Assembly: GCA_024639145.1 (NCBI GenBank)
Contig: JAHEIZ010000008.1
Span: forward strand, 11,754-75,753
DNA length: 64,000 bases
DNA from: Actinomycetes bacterium
GTDB taxonomy: Bacteria; Actinomycetota; Actinomycetes; S36-B12
Direction: 5' to 3'
The notes beneath the pieces were generated by a model, which was not told where the DNA came from, did not search any database, and worked only from the letters and a program-made list of their open reading frames with translations. Position 1 is the first letter of the stretch, and each line of letters opens with the position of its first letter. The translations under genes were made by a program, and so were the position numbers. This document shows, in pieces, positions 10,263-19,203 of the stretch.

Positions 10263-12065
10263 GTGCTGCGCGAATTCACGGTTCCGGCCCGGGTGCACCC
10301 GCCCGTGAACGGCTGCGTCGTCGACTACATCCTCGACAATGCCCGGCTGCACCCGCAGATGGCCACCATGAGCGTCGAGCGCGATGGCGCCTGGCACGAC
10401 GTCACCTCCGCGCAGTTCCTCGACGAGGTGCGGGCCCTGGCCAAGGGGCTCATCGCCAGCGGCCTCGAGGCCGGTCAGCGCATCGGCATCATGTCGCGCA
10501 CCCGCTACGAGTGGACCCTCCTCGACTATGCCGTCTGGTACGCCGGAGCTATCAGCGTGCCCGTGTACGAAACCTCGTCGGCCGAGCAGCTCGAATGGAT
10601 CCTCACCGATTCGGGCGCAACCGCACTGGTCGTCGAGAGCCTGAAGAACAAGCGACTGTTCGACGAGGTCGCCTCGCGCACTCCCGAGGTGCGCAACTGC
10701 TGGGTCATCGAGAGCGACGATCTCTCTCGCCTGAACGAGTCCGGCATGGCCATCAGCGACGAAACCCTGGAAGACCGCCGCGCCACGCTGAACCCCGACT
10801 CGGTCGCGACCTTGATCTACACGTCGGGCACCACCGGCCGCCCGAAGGGATGCGTGCTCACGCACAAGAACTTCATGTTCGAGGTGCAGAACGTCGTACA
10901 TGGCCTGCCCGACGTGTTCTTGCAGAAGGACTCCTCGACCCTGCTGTTCCTGCCGATCGCCCACGTGTTCGGTCGAGCGATCCAGCATGGCTGCGTCCTT
11001 GCTCGCGTGCGCATGGGCCACTCCCCTGACATCACGAACTTGCTTCCCGCCCTGGCCGCCTTCAAGCCGACCTTCCTTCTCGCCGTGCCGCGTGTCTTCG
11101 AGAAGGTCTACAACTCCTCGCAGCAGAAGGCCGTGGCCGCAGGCAAGGGCCACATCTTCGACACGGCCGCGCAGGTGGCCATTGACTACAGCACCGCCCA
11201 GGAGAACGGGCGCCCCGGCATTCTCTTGTCGTTCAAGCACAAGGTGTTCGACAAGCTCGTCTACTCGAAGCTGCGCACCGCACTCGGCGGAAAGGTCGAG
11301 TGGGCGATCTCCGGCGGCGCTCCCCTGGGTGCACGACTGGGCCACTTCTACCGCGGAATCGGCATCACGATCCTCGAGGGCTACGGCCTCACCGAGACCA
11401 CCGCCGCCGTCACAGTCAACCGCCCCGACGCCCTGCGCATCGGCAGCGTCGGTCAGCCGATCCCGGGCACCATCGCCCGCGTCGGTGATGACGGCGAACT
11501 CCTGTGGAAGGGCGCACAGGTGTTCGTCGGCTATTGGAACAACCCGGGCGCCACGATGGAGGTCATCGACTCCGATGGCTGGTTCCACTCCGGCGACCTC
11601 GGCGAGATCGATGACGACGGCTTCGTGCGCATCACCGGCCGCAAGAAGGAGATCCTGGTAACCGCCGGCGGCAAGAACGTGGCCCCTGCGGTGCTCGAGG
11701 ATCGCATTCGCGCGAACTGGATCGTCTCGCAGTGCATGGTCGTCGGCGATGCCCAGCCGTTCATCGCCGCGCTCGTCACTATTGACCGCGACATGCTTCC
11801 CGCATGGCTGAGCATGCACAACAAGCCCGCCGACACGACCCTCGAGTCCCTCGTGAACGATGACGAGCTCCGCGCCAGCGTGCAGGAGGCCATCGACGAC
11901 GCGAATAAGGCCGTGTCTCAGGCCGAGGCCATCAAGAAGTTCGCGATCCTTCCCGTCGACTGGACAGAGTCCGGCGGTCAACTCACCGCGAAGCTCAGCC
12001 TCAAGCGCGGTGTCGTGATGAAGGAATGCGCCGACGAGGTGGCTGCGCTCTACTCGAAGGACTGA
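10263..12065 (+). CDS. fadD: Long-chain fatty-acid--CoA ligase (FadD15-like AMP-binding enzyme)
   Basis: AMP-binding signature IYTSGTTGRPKG and TGDLG-like SGDLGEID. GTG 10263 is preferred because GGAGGAG lies 7 nt upstream; the track ORF starts at 10170. Confidence 0.85.
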   Translation: MLREFTVPARVHPPVNGCVVDYILDNARLHPQMATMSVERDGAWHDVTSAQFLDEVRALAKGLIASGLEAGQRIGIMSRTRYEWTLLDYAVWYAGAISVPVYETSSAEQLEWILTDSGATALVVESLKNKRLFDEVASRTPEVRNCWVIESDDLSRLNESGMAISDETLEDRRATLNPDSVATLIYTSGTTGRPKGCVLTHKNFMFEVQNVVHGLPDVFLQKDSSTLLFLPIAHVFGRAIQHGCVLARVRMGHSPDITNLLPALAAFKPTFLLAVPRVFEKVYNSSQQKAVAAGKGHIFDTAAQVAIDYSTAQENGRPGILLSFKHKVFDKLVYSKLRTALGGKVEWAISGGAPLGARLGHFYRGIGITILEGYGLTETTAAVTVNRPDALRIGSVGQPIPGTIARVGDDGELLWKGAQVFVGYWNNPGATMEVIDSDGWFHSGDLGEIDDDGFVRITGRKKEILVTAGGKNVAPAVLEDRIRANWIVSQCMVVGDAQPFIAALVTIDRDMLPAWLSMHNKPADTTLESLVNDDELRASVQEAIDDANKAVSQAEAIKKFAILPVDWTESGGQLTAKLSLKRGVVMKECADEVAALYSKD

Positions 12066-12090
12066 GCACGCGCCTCGATAGTCTGACTCC

Positions 12091-13263
12091 ATGATCAATC
12101 GATGGCGGCCCAATGCGCCCGCCGTCCTGATCGGGTGGTGTGCCACACGCCTTCTGATCCTTCTTCAGGTACTCATCTGGGCCGATAACTTCCTGCCCGA
12201 CGTACGCCTGTACTCGACCTGGACGATTCTTCTCTCCAATCGCCAGTTCCCCGTCGGCGACGCCTACTGGCAGTACCCGCCTGGTGCCGGGGTTCTGTTC
12301 TGGCTCTCGAGATTCACCGGCCCCGATCCCGTCTTCGGCTTCGTCGTGCTGGCCTTCCTCGCCGACTTCGCTTTGGTCCTGCTGCTGATGAATGCCGGCC
12401 GCAGGGAATCCGGAGTGGGCCGTTTTAACGGCGCCTGGGCGTGGGTGATCGGCGGACTGGCTGTCGGCCCGGTCCTCGTGGCCCGCTTCGACATCTTCCC
12501 GACCGTATTCGCCGTGGCCGCTGTCCTGCTCGCCACCAAGCCAGTGCGCTCAGGCGTGATGGCTGCGGTCGGCGCACTGCTGAAGGTGTGGCCGATCCTC
12601 ATGCTCGCCGTGATCTCGCGGCGCCAGCTACCCAAGGCCGTGATCGCGGCGCTCGCCACCGGCGTCGTCGGCGTGCTCGCCATTAATGCCTGGGCAAGCG
12701 GCGGTATCAGCTTCCTGGGCGAGCAGAGCTCGCGCGGCCTGCAGATCGAGTCAGTCGGCTCCCTGCCCTACATGATCGCCGGGGCCTTGGGCTTCGAGCA
12801 GAACGTAGTGCTGCGCTATGGCGCCTATGAGTTCGTCATGCCTGGCGTCGGACTCATCGGCCTAGCCATCACAGTGATCGGCCTCGCCCTCTTCGCCACG
12901 ATTGCCGTACTGCGCCTGGCCGGGCGCCTCGAGCAGACTCCCCCGGGCGATATCGCACTCGCACTGATCCTCATTGCCGTAGCAACCAGCCGGGTGTTCT
13001 CCCCGCAGTACGACATCTGGATCGTCGGCCTCGGTGCGGCCTGCATTGCTGATCCCCGCACGCGACTGCGCAAGGTCGTCATTGCCGTGATCGTGATGTC
13101 AGCGGTGACTTCGATCATCTTCCCGTGGGCCTACGGCTCGCTCATGGAGACAGCGCCGTACGCCGTAGCACTGCAAGTGATTCGTATCGTGCTCCTGGTC
13201 GGATGCACCGTGGTCGCAGTGAAGTCCGTCGTGTTCACGCGCCACAAGGTCAACGCGGCTTAG
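12091..13263 (+). CDS. Polytopic membrane glycosyltransferase (GT87 / DUF2029, PimE/Rv2181-like mannosyltransferase family)
   Basis: 390 aa and very hydrophobic, with at least 9 TM segments and a conserved Asp in the first loop (FLPDVRLY). Synteny next to the fadD15-like gene. Confidence 0.6.
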   Translation: MINRWRPNAPAVLIGWCATRLLILLQVLIWADNFLPDVRLYSTWTILLSNRQFPVGDAYWQYPPGAGVLFWLSRFTGPDPVFGFVVLAFLADFALVLLLMNAGRRESGVGRFNGAWAWVIGGLAVGPVLVARFDIFPTVFAVAAVLLATKPVRSGVMAAVGALLKVWPILMLAVISRRQLPKAVIAALATGVVGVLAINAWASGGISFLGEQSSRGLQIESVGSLPYMIAGALGFEQNVVLRYGAYEFVMPGVGLIGLAITVIGLALFATIAVLRLAGRLEQTPPGDIALALILIAVATSRVFSPQYDIWIVGLGAACIADPRTRLRKVVIAVIVMSAVTSIIFPWAYGSLMETAPYAVALQVIRIVLLVGCTVVAVKSVVFTRHKVNAA

Positions 13264-14372
13264 AGAACGCGGCCGGCGCCGGTGAAGTAGCGGCGGTACC
13301 AGGCATCGTTGATCGACGTGATGATCACGCCTGCACGCGGGTTGGCCGCATGCACCATCCGGCCCCCACCGATATACATCGACACGTGGTGCACGCTGCC
13401 GCCGAAGAAGAAGAGCAGATCACCGGGCTGCAGCTGGCTCATTGGGATGTGCTTCGTGCGCGAGTACTGCGAGTAGCTCAGGTGAGGCAGCGACACACCG
13501 GCCTGGCGCCAGGCAGCGAGGGTCAGCCCCGAGCAGTCAAATGAGCTCGGGCCTGCCTGGGCAGCGACGTAGCGGTCGCCGACCTGCTGGAGGGCGTAGC
13601 GCACGGCAAGTGCAGCGCGCGTGCCGCCACTGAAGCCGCCGCCGGCACTGTGTGGACGCTTGATCTGACTGAGGGTTTTCTTCGCCTGCGATTGGGCAGC
13701 CTTGCGCTCGGCGGCCTGGATTGCCTCGAGGCGGCGGCGCTGCGCGGATTCAAGCCCGTTCAGCACCTTCTCGGCTGCAGCGAGTGCGGCATCGGCATCG
13801 CGCTTGTCGCCGGCCATCTGATTGCGCACCTTCTGCGCCGCTGCCTGCTTCTGAGCCACGGCCGCCTCGGTCTGTGCCAGGCGCAACCGAGCGGTCTGAG
13901 TTCGGCGCAAGGAGGCGCCCTGTGACTGAGCCACCTGATCGAGTGCGGAGGCCTGCGCGAGGAACTGGGTCGGGTTGTCTGCAAGCAGAACCTGCAGCGA
14001 GGTATCGACACCGCCGCTGGCGTAGGTGGCGCGGGCAAGTGCGTTGACCTGGCCTACGACTGCGGCCAGCGCCTTCTTCTGGCGATCACGACGGTCGTTG
14101 AGAACGCGCAGATTATTGGTGAGGTCGTTGAGGGTGCCCTGGGCCTCGTTGTAGCGCTCGGTCGCTGTCTCGGCCTTGGCCTGGAGATCTTGGACCTGGG
14201 TGCGCACCTGGTCGAGGCTCGGCGCCGCCTGGGCGGTGCCCGGAAGCAGGGTCACCATGAGAGCGGACGCGGCCAGGGCCACGACACCTGCACGCAGTGC
14301 ACGCAGTTTCGAGGAGGCAGGGCTCACGCCTGTCGTCCCTTTCGTCGCCGGATGGGGCTTGTTCGGTTCCAC
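13260..14372 (-). CDS. NlpC/P60 (C40) peptidoglycan endopeptidase with N-terminal coiled coil (RipC-like)
   Basis: 370 aa, GTG start. It has a signal peptide and a long Ala/Gln-rich coiled coil. The C-terminal catalytic module is FDCSGL...GDLLFF...HHVSMYIG. Confidence 0.85.
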   Translation of the reverse strand: MEPNKPHPATKGTTGVSPASSKLRALRAGVVALAASALMVTLLPGTAQAAPSLDQVRTQVQDLQAKAETATERYNEAQGTLNDLTNNLRVLNDRRDRQKKALAAVVGQVNALARATYASGGVDTSLQVLLADNPTQFLAQASALDQVAQSQGASLRRTQTARLRLAQTEAAVAQKQAAAQKVRNQMAGDKRDADAALAAAEKVLNGLESAQRRRLEAIQAAERKAAQSQAKKTLSQIKRPHSAGGGFSGGTRAALAVRYALQQVGDRYVAAQAGPSSFDCSGLTLAAWRQAGVSLPHLSYSQYSRTKHIPMSQLQPGDLLFFFGGSVHHVSMYIGGGRMVHAANPRAGVIITSINDAWYRRYFTGAGRVL

Positions 14373-14435
14373 GGTAACACGGGATTTCGGGGGCCACCCG
14401 CGGGTCTCCCCAGGGGGAAAATCACATATTTCCCT

Positions 14436-14657
14436 CTAAGCGGGGCGCCGCCGTCGAGGGGCTCGTGAGGGCACCTCAGGGGCAGGCGGCACCAGGCGCA
14501 GGGGTGGAATCAGGCCGGAATCGGCCAACACGCCCAGGGCGCCGGCGTGCTCATCGGGGACGAAGGCCGCCGGGCTGACGGGGCCGAGGAGGACGGACAC
14601 CACGCAGTCAGAGCACGCGGGGGCCGGAGCCTGGCAGGTACCGCAGTCAATGTTCAT
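14436..14657 (-). CDS. Small cysteine-rich protein (CxxC-x6-CxxC)
   Basis: 73 aa. MNIDCGTCQAPAPACSDCVVSVLLG... resembles a small protein family conserved in actinobacteria. GC-rich third codon positions. Confidence 0.55.
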   Translation of the reverse strand: MNIDCGTCQAPAPACSDCVVSVLLGPVSPAAFVPDEHAGALGVLADSGLIPPLRLVPPAPEVPSRAPRRRRPA

Positions 14658-14681
14658 GCCGTCAGGCTAGGAACAGGGTCT

Positions 14682-14775
14682 GACAACGGTCAGGGACCGC
14701 CGTCTCCCGCAGCCTCGGGTTGTGCTCCGACGACGGTCAGGGACCGCCGTCTCCCGCGGATTCCTGGGTCGGCCC
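14682..14775. repeat. Decayed about-47-bp tandem duplication copying the 3-prime end (with stop) of the zinc-ribbon gene
   Basis: gacAacggtcagggaccgccgtctcccgc (14682-14710) versus gacGacggtcagggaccgccgtctcccgc (14729-14757), 28/29 identical. The following 18 nt show only weak similarity. Confidence 0.85.
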
Positions 14776-15009
14776 GCCGAACTCCGGACGGGCCACGATC
14801 TCGATGCGATCAGCCGAGCCGCACCAGCGGCAGGTGACCGACTCGATGGTCTCGCTGAGGATCTCGGTCTCGTCGACCGAGGGCTCACCTGCCATGTCGA
14901 GGTGCCAGAACTCGCGTACGCGCGATGACCGCACGATGTCGAATCGAGTGAGGTTGCCGCAATGCGCGCAGCGCAGGCGACTCTTGGCATCAGGCAGGGT
15001 CACGGACAC
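14737..15009 (-). CDS. Small zinc-ribbon protein
   Basis: 90 aa with CAHCG ... CRWCG (two CxxC pairs). Coding-like codon bias. Confidence 0.6.
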   Translation of the reverse strand: MSVTLPDAKSRLRCAHCGNLTRFDIVRSSRVREFWHLDMAGEPSVDETEILSETIESVTCRWCGSADRIEIVARPEFGGPTQESAGDGGP

Positions 15010-15061
15010 CCCGCAAGCCTATCGGTCGTGCCGTGGGCCGATGTCCGCCCCGTGACGTAGC

Positions 15062-16888
15062 GTGCACCGCGTGATCGACGACACGCCCCTGCAGCTCAGC
15101 ATTGCTGATGCGGGCACCTCACTGGCCGAGGCCGTGTTCGTCGTCGTTGACCTCGAGACCACCGGCGGATCCCCTGCCGAGGCGGGCATTACCGAGATCG
15201 GCGCTGTGAAGGTGCAGGGCGGCGAGGTCATCGGCGAGTTCACGACCCTGGTGAATCCCGGCGTGCCGATTCCCCCGTTCATTGCCTCGCTGACCGGCAT
15301 CACCAACGCAACAGTTGCATCCGCGCCCCGCCTGGGAACGGCACTGCCCGCATTCCTGGAGTTCGCCGGTGATGCGATCCTCGTCGCCCACAACGCGCCC
15401 TATGACATCGGTTTCCTCAAGGGCGCCTGCACAATCCACGAGCAGCCATGGCGCGGCAATCGAGTACTCGATACCGCCCGCCTTGCCCGCGTGATCCTGC
15501 ACCGCGATGAAGTGCGCAACTGCAAGCTCTCCACCTTGGCCGCGTACTTCCGCACCACCGTCTCGCCCACGCACCGCGCCTTCGACGATGCACGAGCCAC
15601 GGCCGATGTCCTGCATCGGCTCATCGAGCGCGTCGGCAACCTCGGCGTGTACTCGGTGGAGGATCTCCAGGCGCTTTCCGGCCGCGTCAGCACCGCGCAG
15701 CGCACCAAGCGTCATCTCGCCGATGGCCTGCCCGCCAAGCCCGGTGTCTATGTCTTCAATGATCCCGAAGGCAAGGCGCTCTACGTCGGCACCTCGCGCA
15801 ATATCCGCACGCGCGTGCGCAGTTACTTCACTGCCTCCGAGCAACGCCGGCGCATGAGCGAGATGATCGGCATCGCAGTGTCGGTCACTCCCATCGTCTG
15901 CGCCACGCCGCTTGAGGCACGCATTCGAGAACTTCGCTTGATCAATGAGCAGCAGCCGCGCTACAACCGCGCATCTCGTCGGGCTGATGCGAAGCCGTGG
16001 GTGAAGCTCACCGCCGAGGCGGCACCACGCCTGTCGATCGTCAGCACTCTCACCGACGACATGAGCGACGGAGCGATGTATCTCGGCCCATTCAGCTCAC
16101 GCTCTAGCGCGCAGTCGGCGATTGAGGCGATCATGTGCGCCTTTCCGATCCGCACATGCACCCCGAAGCTGGCACGCGCACCACGAGCACTTCATGCCGG
16201 GTGTATTCGTCACGAACTCGGCAGCTGCGCGGCCCCGTGCATGAAGGACGGCGATCACGGCGATTACGCACGCACAATCGAGCAGGTGCGCAAGGTGTTC
16301 AACGGTGATGCGCGCGTGGTGGTGAGCGCTGTCGAGAATCGCATGCGTGAACTCTCAGCCGAGACTCGCTTCGAGGATGCCGCGACCTGGCGCGATTACC
16401 TCGCGACTTTCAGCCGCATCAGCATGCGCACTCATGCACTTCGCATGCTGTCCACCAACGCCGAGATCATTGCCGCTCGTCCGACTGACGAGCGTGGCTG
16501 GGAAATCCACTGCATTCGCTACGGCTCGCTCGCCGGCGCGATCACGGTTGAGCCTGGTGTGGATCCGCGACCTTCGGTGGAAATCCTTTCTGATGCATCA
16601 TCTGTCTTCGAGCGTCCCGCAACACCCGTGCCTGTCGGTCTGGTCGAGGAGGCGACGGAATTGCTGAGCTGGCTCGAGTCCGAGGGCACTCGTCTGGTGC
16701 GCGTCAGTGACGCACTATCGATCCCGATGAACTGCGGCGGCGACGCTGCGGCGCATCTACTGAACTTGCAAAAGCGCATGCAGCGCAGTTCATTACATGA
16801 CGCCGACTTCGCCTGGATGTCGCGTTACTCGAGGCCCTCGGGCCCGGTTCCGACTTCATCAGTGAGTCGGATCAGCGCTGTCGGCTAA
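15062..16888 (+). CDS. DEDDh 3-prime-5-prime exonuclease (DnaQ-like) fused to a GIY-YIG (UvrC N-terminal-like) nuclease domain
   Basis: 608 aa. Exo motifs are VVVDLETTG, VAHNAPYDIGFL and HRAFDDARATADV, followed by the GIY-YIG region PGVYVFND...ALYVGTSRNIRTRVRSYF. Architecture and position match Rv2191. Confidence 0.8.
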   Translation: MHRVIDDTPLQLSIADAGTSLAEAVFVVVDLETTGGSPAEAGITEIGAVKVQGGEVIGEFTTLVNPGVPIPPFIASLTGITNATVASAPRLGTALPAFLEFAGDAILVAHNAPYDIGFLKGACTIHEQPWRGNRVLDTARLARVILHRDEVRNCKLSTLAAYFRTTVSPTHRAFDDARATADVLHRLIERVGNLGVYSVEDLQALSGRVSTAQRTKRHLADGLPAKPGVYVFNDPEGKALYVGTSRNIRTRVRSYFTASEQRRRMSEMIGIAVSVTPIVCATPLEARIRELRLINEQQPRYNRASRRADAKPWVKLTAEAAPRLSIVSTLTDDMSDGAMYLGPFSSRSSAQSAIEAIMCAFPIRTCTPKLARAPRALHAGCIRHELGSCAAPCMKDGDHGDYARTIEQVRKVFNGDARVVVSAVENRMRELSAETRFEDAATWRDYLATFSRISMRTHALRMLSTNAEIIAARPTDERGWEIHCIRYGSLAGAITVEPGVDPRPSVEILSDASSVFERPATPVPVGLVEEATELLSWLESEGTRLVRVSDALSIPMNCGGDAAAHLLNLQKRMQRSSLHDADFAWMSRYSRPSGPVPTSSVSRISAVG

Positions 16889-17985
16889 GCCGCTGTGAGC
16901 TGCTGGGTCAGAGCAATCCAGCGCTCGAGCACGCCGAGTGCGGCACCCGACTCCAGTGCCTCGCGCGCAATCGGAATGCGTGCGGCGATTGCCGCGACGA
17001 GATCATCGACAGGCTTTCCCATTGCAGCGTCGTACGCGGTCAGTGCTGCCGCGGCATTCAAAGTCACCGAGTCCCGAATCGCACTCACGCGATCGGCGTC
17101 AGGATCATTCGGCTCGACTCCACGGAAGGTCTTGAGCAGCAGTTCTGCGTTGCGCTCAGGCATACCGCCGGAGAGCAACTGCTGATCGACGCGAGCTATC
17201 CCCCAGTCAGCCGGATCGATGCTCAGGATCTTCACCTCTGAGGTGCGCGCATCCCACACCGTGGTGGTGGTCGCCGTCGAGATTTCGTCGAGTCCGTCAT
17301 CACCGCGCACGACCACACCGCGCACCCCGCGCAGGGCGAGGGTCTTTGCGAGTGCGGGTGCGAGGGTCGGATCGGCGCAGCCGATGAGCGCGGCCTGTGC
17401 ACCGGCCGGATTCGCGAGCGGGCCGAGGATGTTGAAGAAGGTCGGGAAGGCGACCTCCTTGCGCACCGGTGCCGCGTGACGCAGGGCCGGATGGTGACGT
17501 GGGGCGAAGCAGAATCCGATACCTACGCCGTTGACGCAGGCCGCGACCTGCTCGGGGCTGAGGTCGATCACGACGCCAAGCTCGGCGAGCACATCAGCTG
17601 TGCCGGTGGATGACGAAGCCGCGCGGTTTCCGTGCTTGGCGATGGGTGCGCCTACCGAGGCTGCGACCAGGGCGGCCATCGTCGAGATATTGACCGAGTG
17701 CGAGAGATCGCCACCGGTGCCGACGACATCAAGTCGGATGAGTTCGGCGGGGAGTGGAACCCAGTCGCAGTGCTCGAGCATGACGCCCACGAGGGCGCTG
17801 ATCTCGTCAGGTGTCTCACCCTTGGCGCGCAGCCCCATCGCGAAAGCACCGATCTGCGCGGGGGTAGCCACGCCGTCGAGGATCTGCTCCATTGCCCAGG
17901 TGACACTCGCCTGGTCGAGATCGGTGCGCGAACTGAGCGTGCGCAGCACCGAAGCCCAAGTAGGTGACGTGGGTGCGGGGGTCAC
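16885..17985 (-). CDS. trpD: Anthranilate phosphoribosyltransferase
   Basis: 366 aa. Contains the GTGGD, KHGNRA(A)SS and GPLANP motifs. Confidence 0.9.
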   Translation of the reverse strand: MTPAPTSPTWASVLRTLSSRTDLDQASVTWAMEQILDGVATPAQIGAFAMGLRAKGETPDEISALVGVMLEHCDWVPLPAELIRLDVVGTGGDLSHSVNISTMAALVAASVGAPIAKHGNRAASSSTGTADVLAELGVVIDLSPEQVAACVNGVGIGFCFAPRHHPALRHAAPVRKEVAFPTFFNILGPLANPAGAQAALIGCADPTLAPALAKTLALRGVRGVVVRGDDGLDEISTATTTTVWDARTSEVKILSIDPADWGIARVDQQLLSGGMPERNAELLLKTFRGVEPNDPDADRVSAIRDSVTLNAAAALTAYDAAMGKPVDDLVAAIAARIPIAREALESGAALGVLERWIALTQQLTAA

Positions 17986-18003
17986 GGTGATCAGGACCGT
18001 GAG

Positions 18004-18498
18004 CTAGACGGTGGCGACAGCCTGGCGCGCGGCCAGGAGTCGAACGACCTCGCCCGCGAGGGCAATGCCATTGATGGGGTGGGCCACGGCCGCATCAGCA
18101 CGCGACCAGGTGGCCAGCCAGGCATCCTGAGGGCGCCCGACCAGCACGAGGATCGGCGGGCACTTGTAGATCTCGTCCTTGAGCTGGCGCGCAATGCCGA
18201 GCCCACCGGCAGGGGCTGCCTCGCCATCGAGAATGAGCAGGTCGAATCCGCCCTTGTCGACGGCTGAGATCACGGCCGGCTCGGTGGCGCACTCGGTGTA
18301 CTCGATGACCGGCAGGTCAGCGCTCGGGCGCGGGCCCAACGCCAGGTAGACCTGCTGGCGCACGGTGCGGTCATCGCTGTAGACGAGCACCTTGAGCGGA
18401 CGGGCGGGGGCGGAATTCTGGCTCACGGGCCGAACTCTATCCGTGAGGAGCCACCTCGTGACGACGACCCCGAGGACCTGAGGTGACAAAGGCGACAT
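18004..18498 (-). CDS. Stand-alone receiver-like (CheY-fold) protein
   Basis: VLVYSDD ... FDLLILDG pattern of a response-regulator receiver, with no output domain. The start is uncertain (alternative GTG 18426). Confidence 0.5.
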   Translation of the reverse strand: MSPLSPQVLGVVVTRWLLTDRVRPVSQNSAPARPLKVLVYSDDRTVRQQVYLALGPRPSADLPVIEYTECATEPAVISAVDKGGFDLLILDGEAAPAGGLGIARQLKDEIYKCPPILVLVGRPQDAWLATWSRADAAVAHPINGIALAGEVVRLLAARQAVATV

Positions 18499-18563
18499 TT
18501 TCTCCTGGCCATTTCACGGGGGGTCAGGAGGCAACCTGAGCGGCGATCTGCCAGACTCCCCCC

Positions 18564-19169
18564 GTGGCGACAGCAACCTCAGCACCAGCGGCGTACGCGC
18601 ACGCACCTGCAAACCGACCCAACATGGTCTCGATCGGCACCATCGTGTGGCTGTCGAGTGAGCTCATGTTCTTCGCCGCGCTCTTCGCGATGTACTTCAC
18701 CCTGCGGGCGGTGAACCCCGAGCTCTGGGCAGAAGAGACCAAGCTGCTGAACATCCCGTTCGCGAGCATCAACACCACTGTGCTGGTTCTCTCCTCCGTC
18801 ACCTGCCAGCTGGGCGTGTTCGCGGCCGAGCGTGGCGACGTCAAGATGCTTCGCCGCTGGTTCGTCATCACCTTCCTCATGGGTTCCTTCTTCATCGGCG
18901 GCCAGGTCACCGAGTACACGGCACTCGTGCGCGAAGGCCTCACTCTCTCGTCGAACGCCTACGGCTCGGCCTTCTATCTGACCACCGGCTTCCACGGCCT
19001 GCACGTGACCGGCGGCCTCATCGCCTTCCTCTTCGTCCTCGCCACCACCTACGTGTCGAAGCGCTTCACCCATGACGAGGCCACCCGTGCGATCGTCGTG
19101 TCCTACTACTGGCACTTCGTCGACGTGGTCTGGATCGCCCTGTTCTTCATGATCTACATCCTCAAGTAA
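18564..19169 (+). CDS. ctaE: Cytochrome c oxidase (aa3) subunit III
   Basis: 201 aa, GTG start. Nearly collinear with actinobacterial CtaE ([28 protein letters not shown] ... [14 protein letters not shown]). Confidence 0.9.
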   Translation: MATATSAPAAYAHAPANRPNMVSIGTIVWLSSELMFFAALFAMYFTLRAVNPELWAEETKLLNIPFASINTTVLVLSSVTCQLGVFAAERGDVKMLRRWFVITFLMGSFFIGGQVTEYTALVREGLTLSSNAYGSAFYLTTGFHGLHVTGGLIAFLFVLATTYVSKRFTHDEATRAIVVSYYWHFVDVVWIALFFMIYILK

Positions 19170-19203
19170 CTCCTGCAGCACCCTCGGCGCATCGCGAAAA
19201 GCG

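Noticed and set aside
9816-12146. 776-aa ORF on the minus strand, the longest minus-strand ORF in this part of the window
   Set aside because: It lies entirely antisense to the well-supported phosphoesterase and fadD15-like genes. Its product is Gly/Arg/Ala/His-rich with no motif. This is a typical stop-codon-poor antisense frame in GC-rich DNA.
14373-14560. Possible cyclic-di-AMP (ydaO, RF00379) riboswitch upstream of the NlpC/P60 gene, suggested by GGGGAGACCCG and CCCGAAAUCCCG fragments
   Set aside because: Only about 63 nt separate the NlpC/P60 start from the upstream small CDS. That is far shorter than the motif, and the characteristic ACGGGGUGAAUCC and 3-prime CAGCUNACCUCGUA segments are absent. 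A cmscan with RF00379 would settle it.
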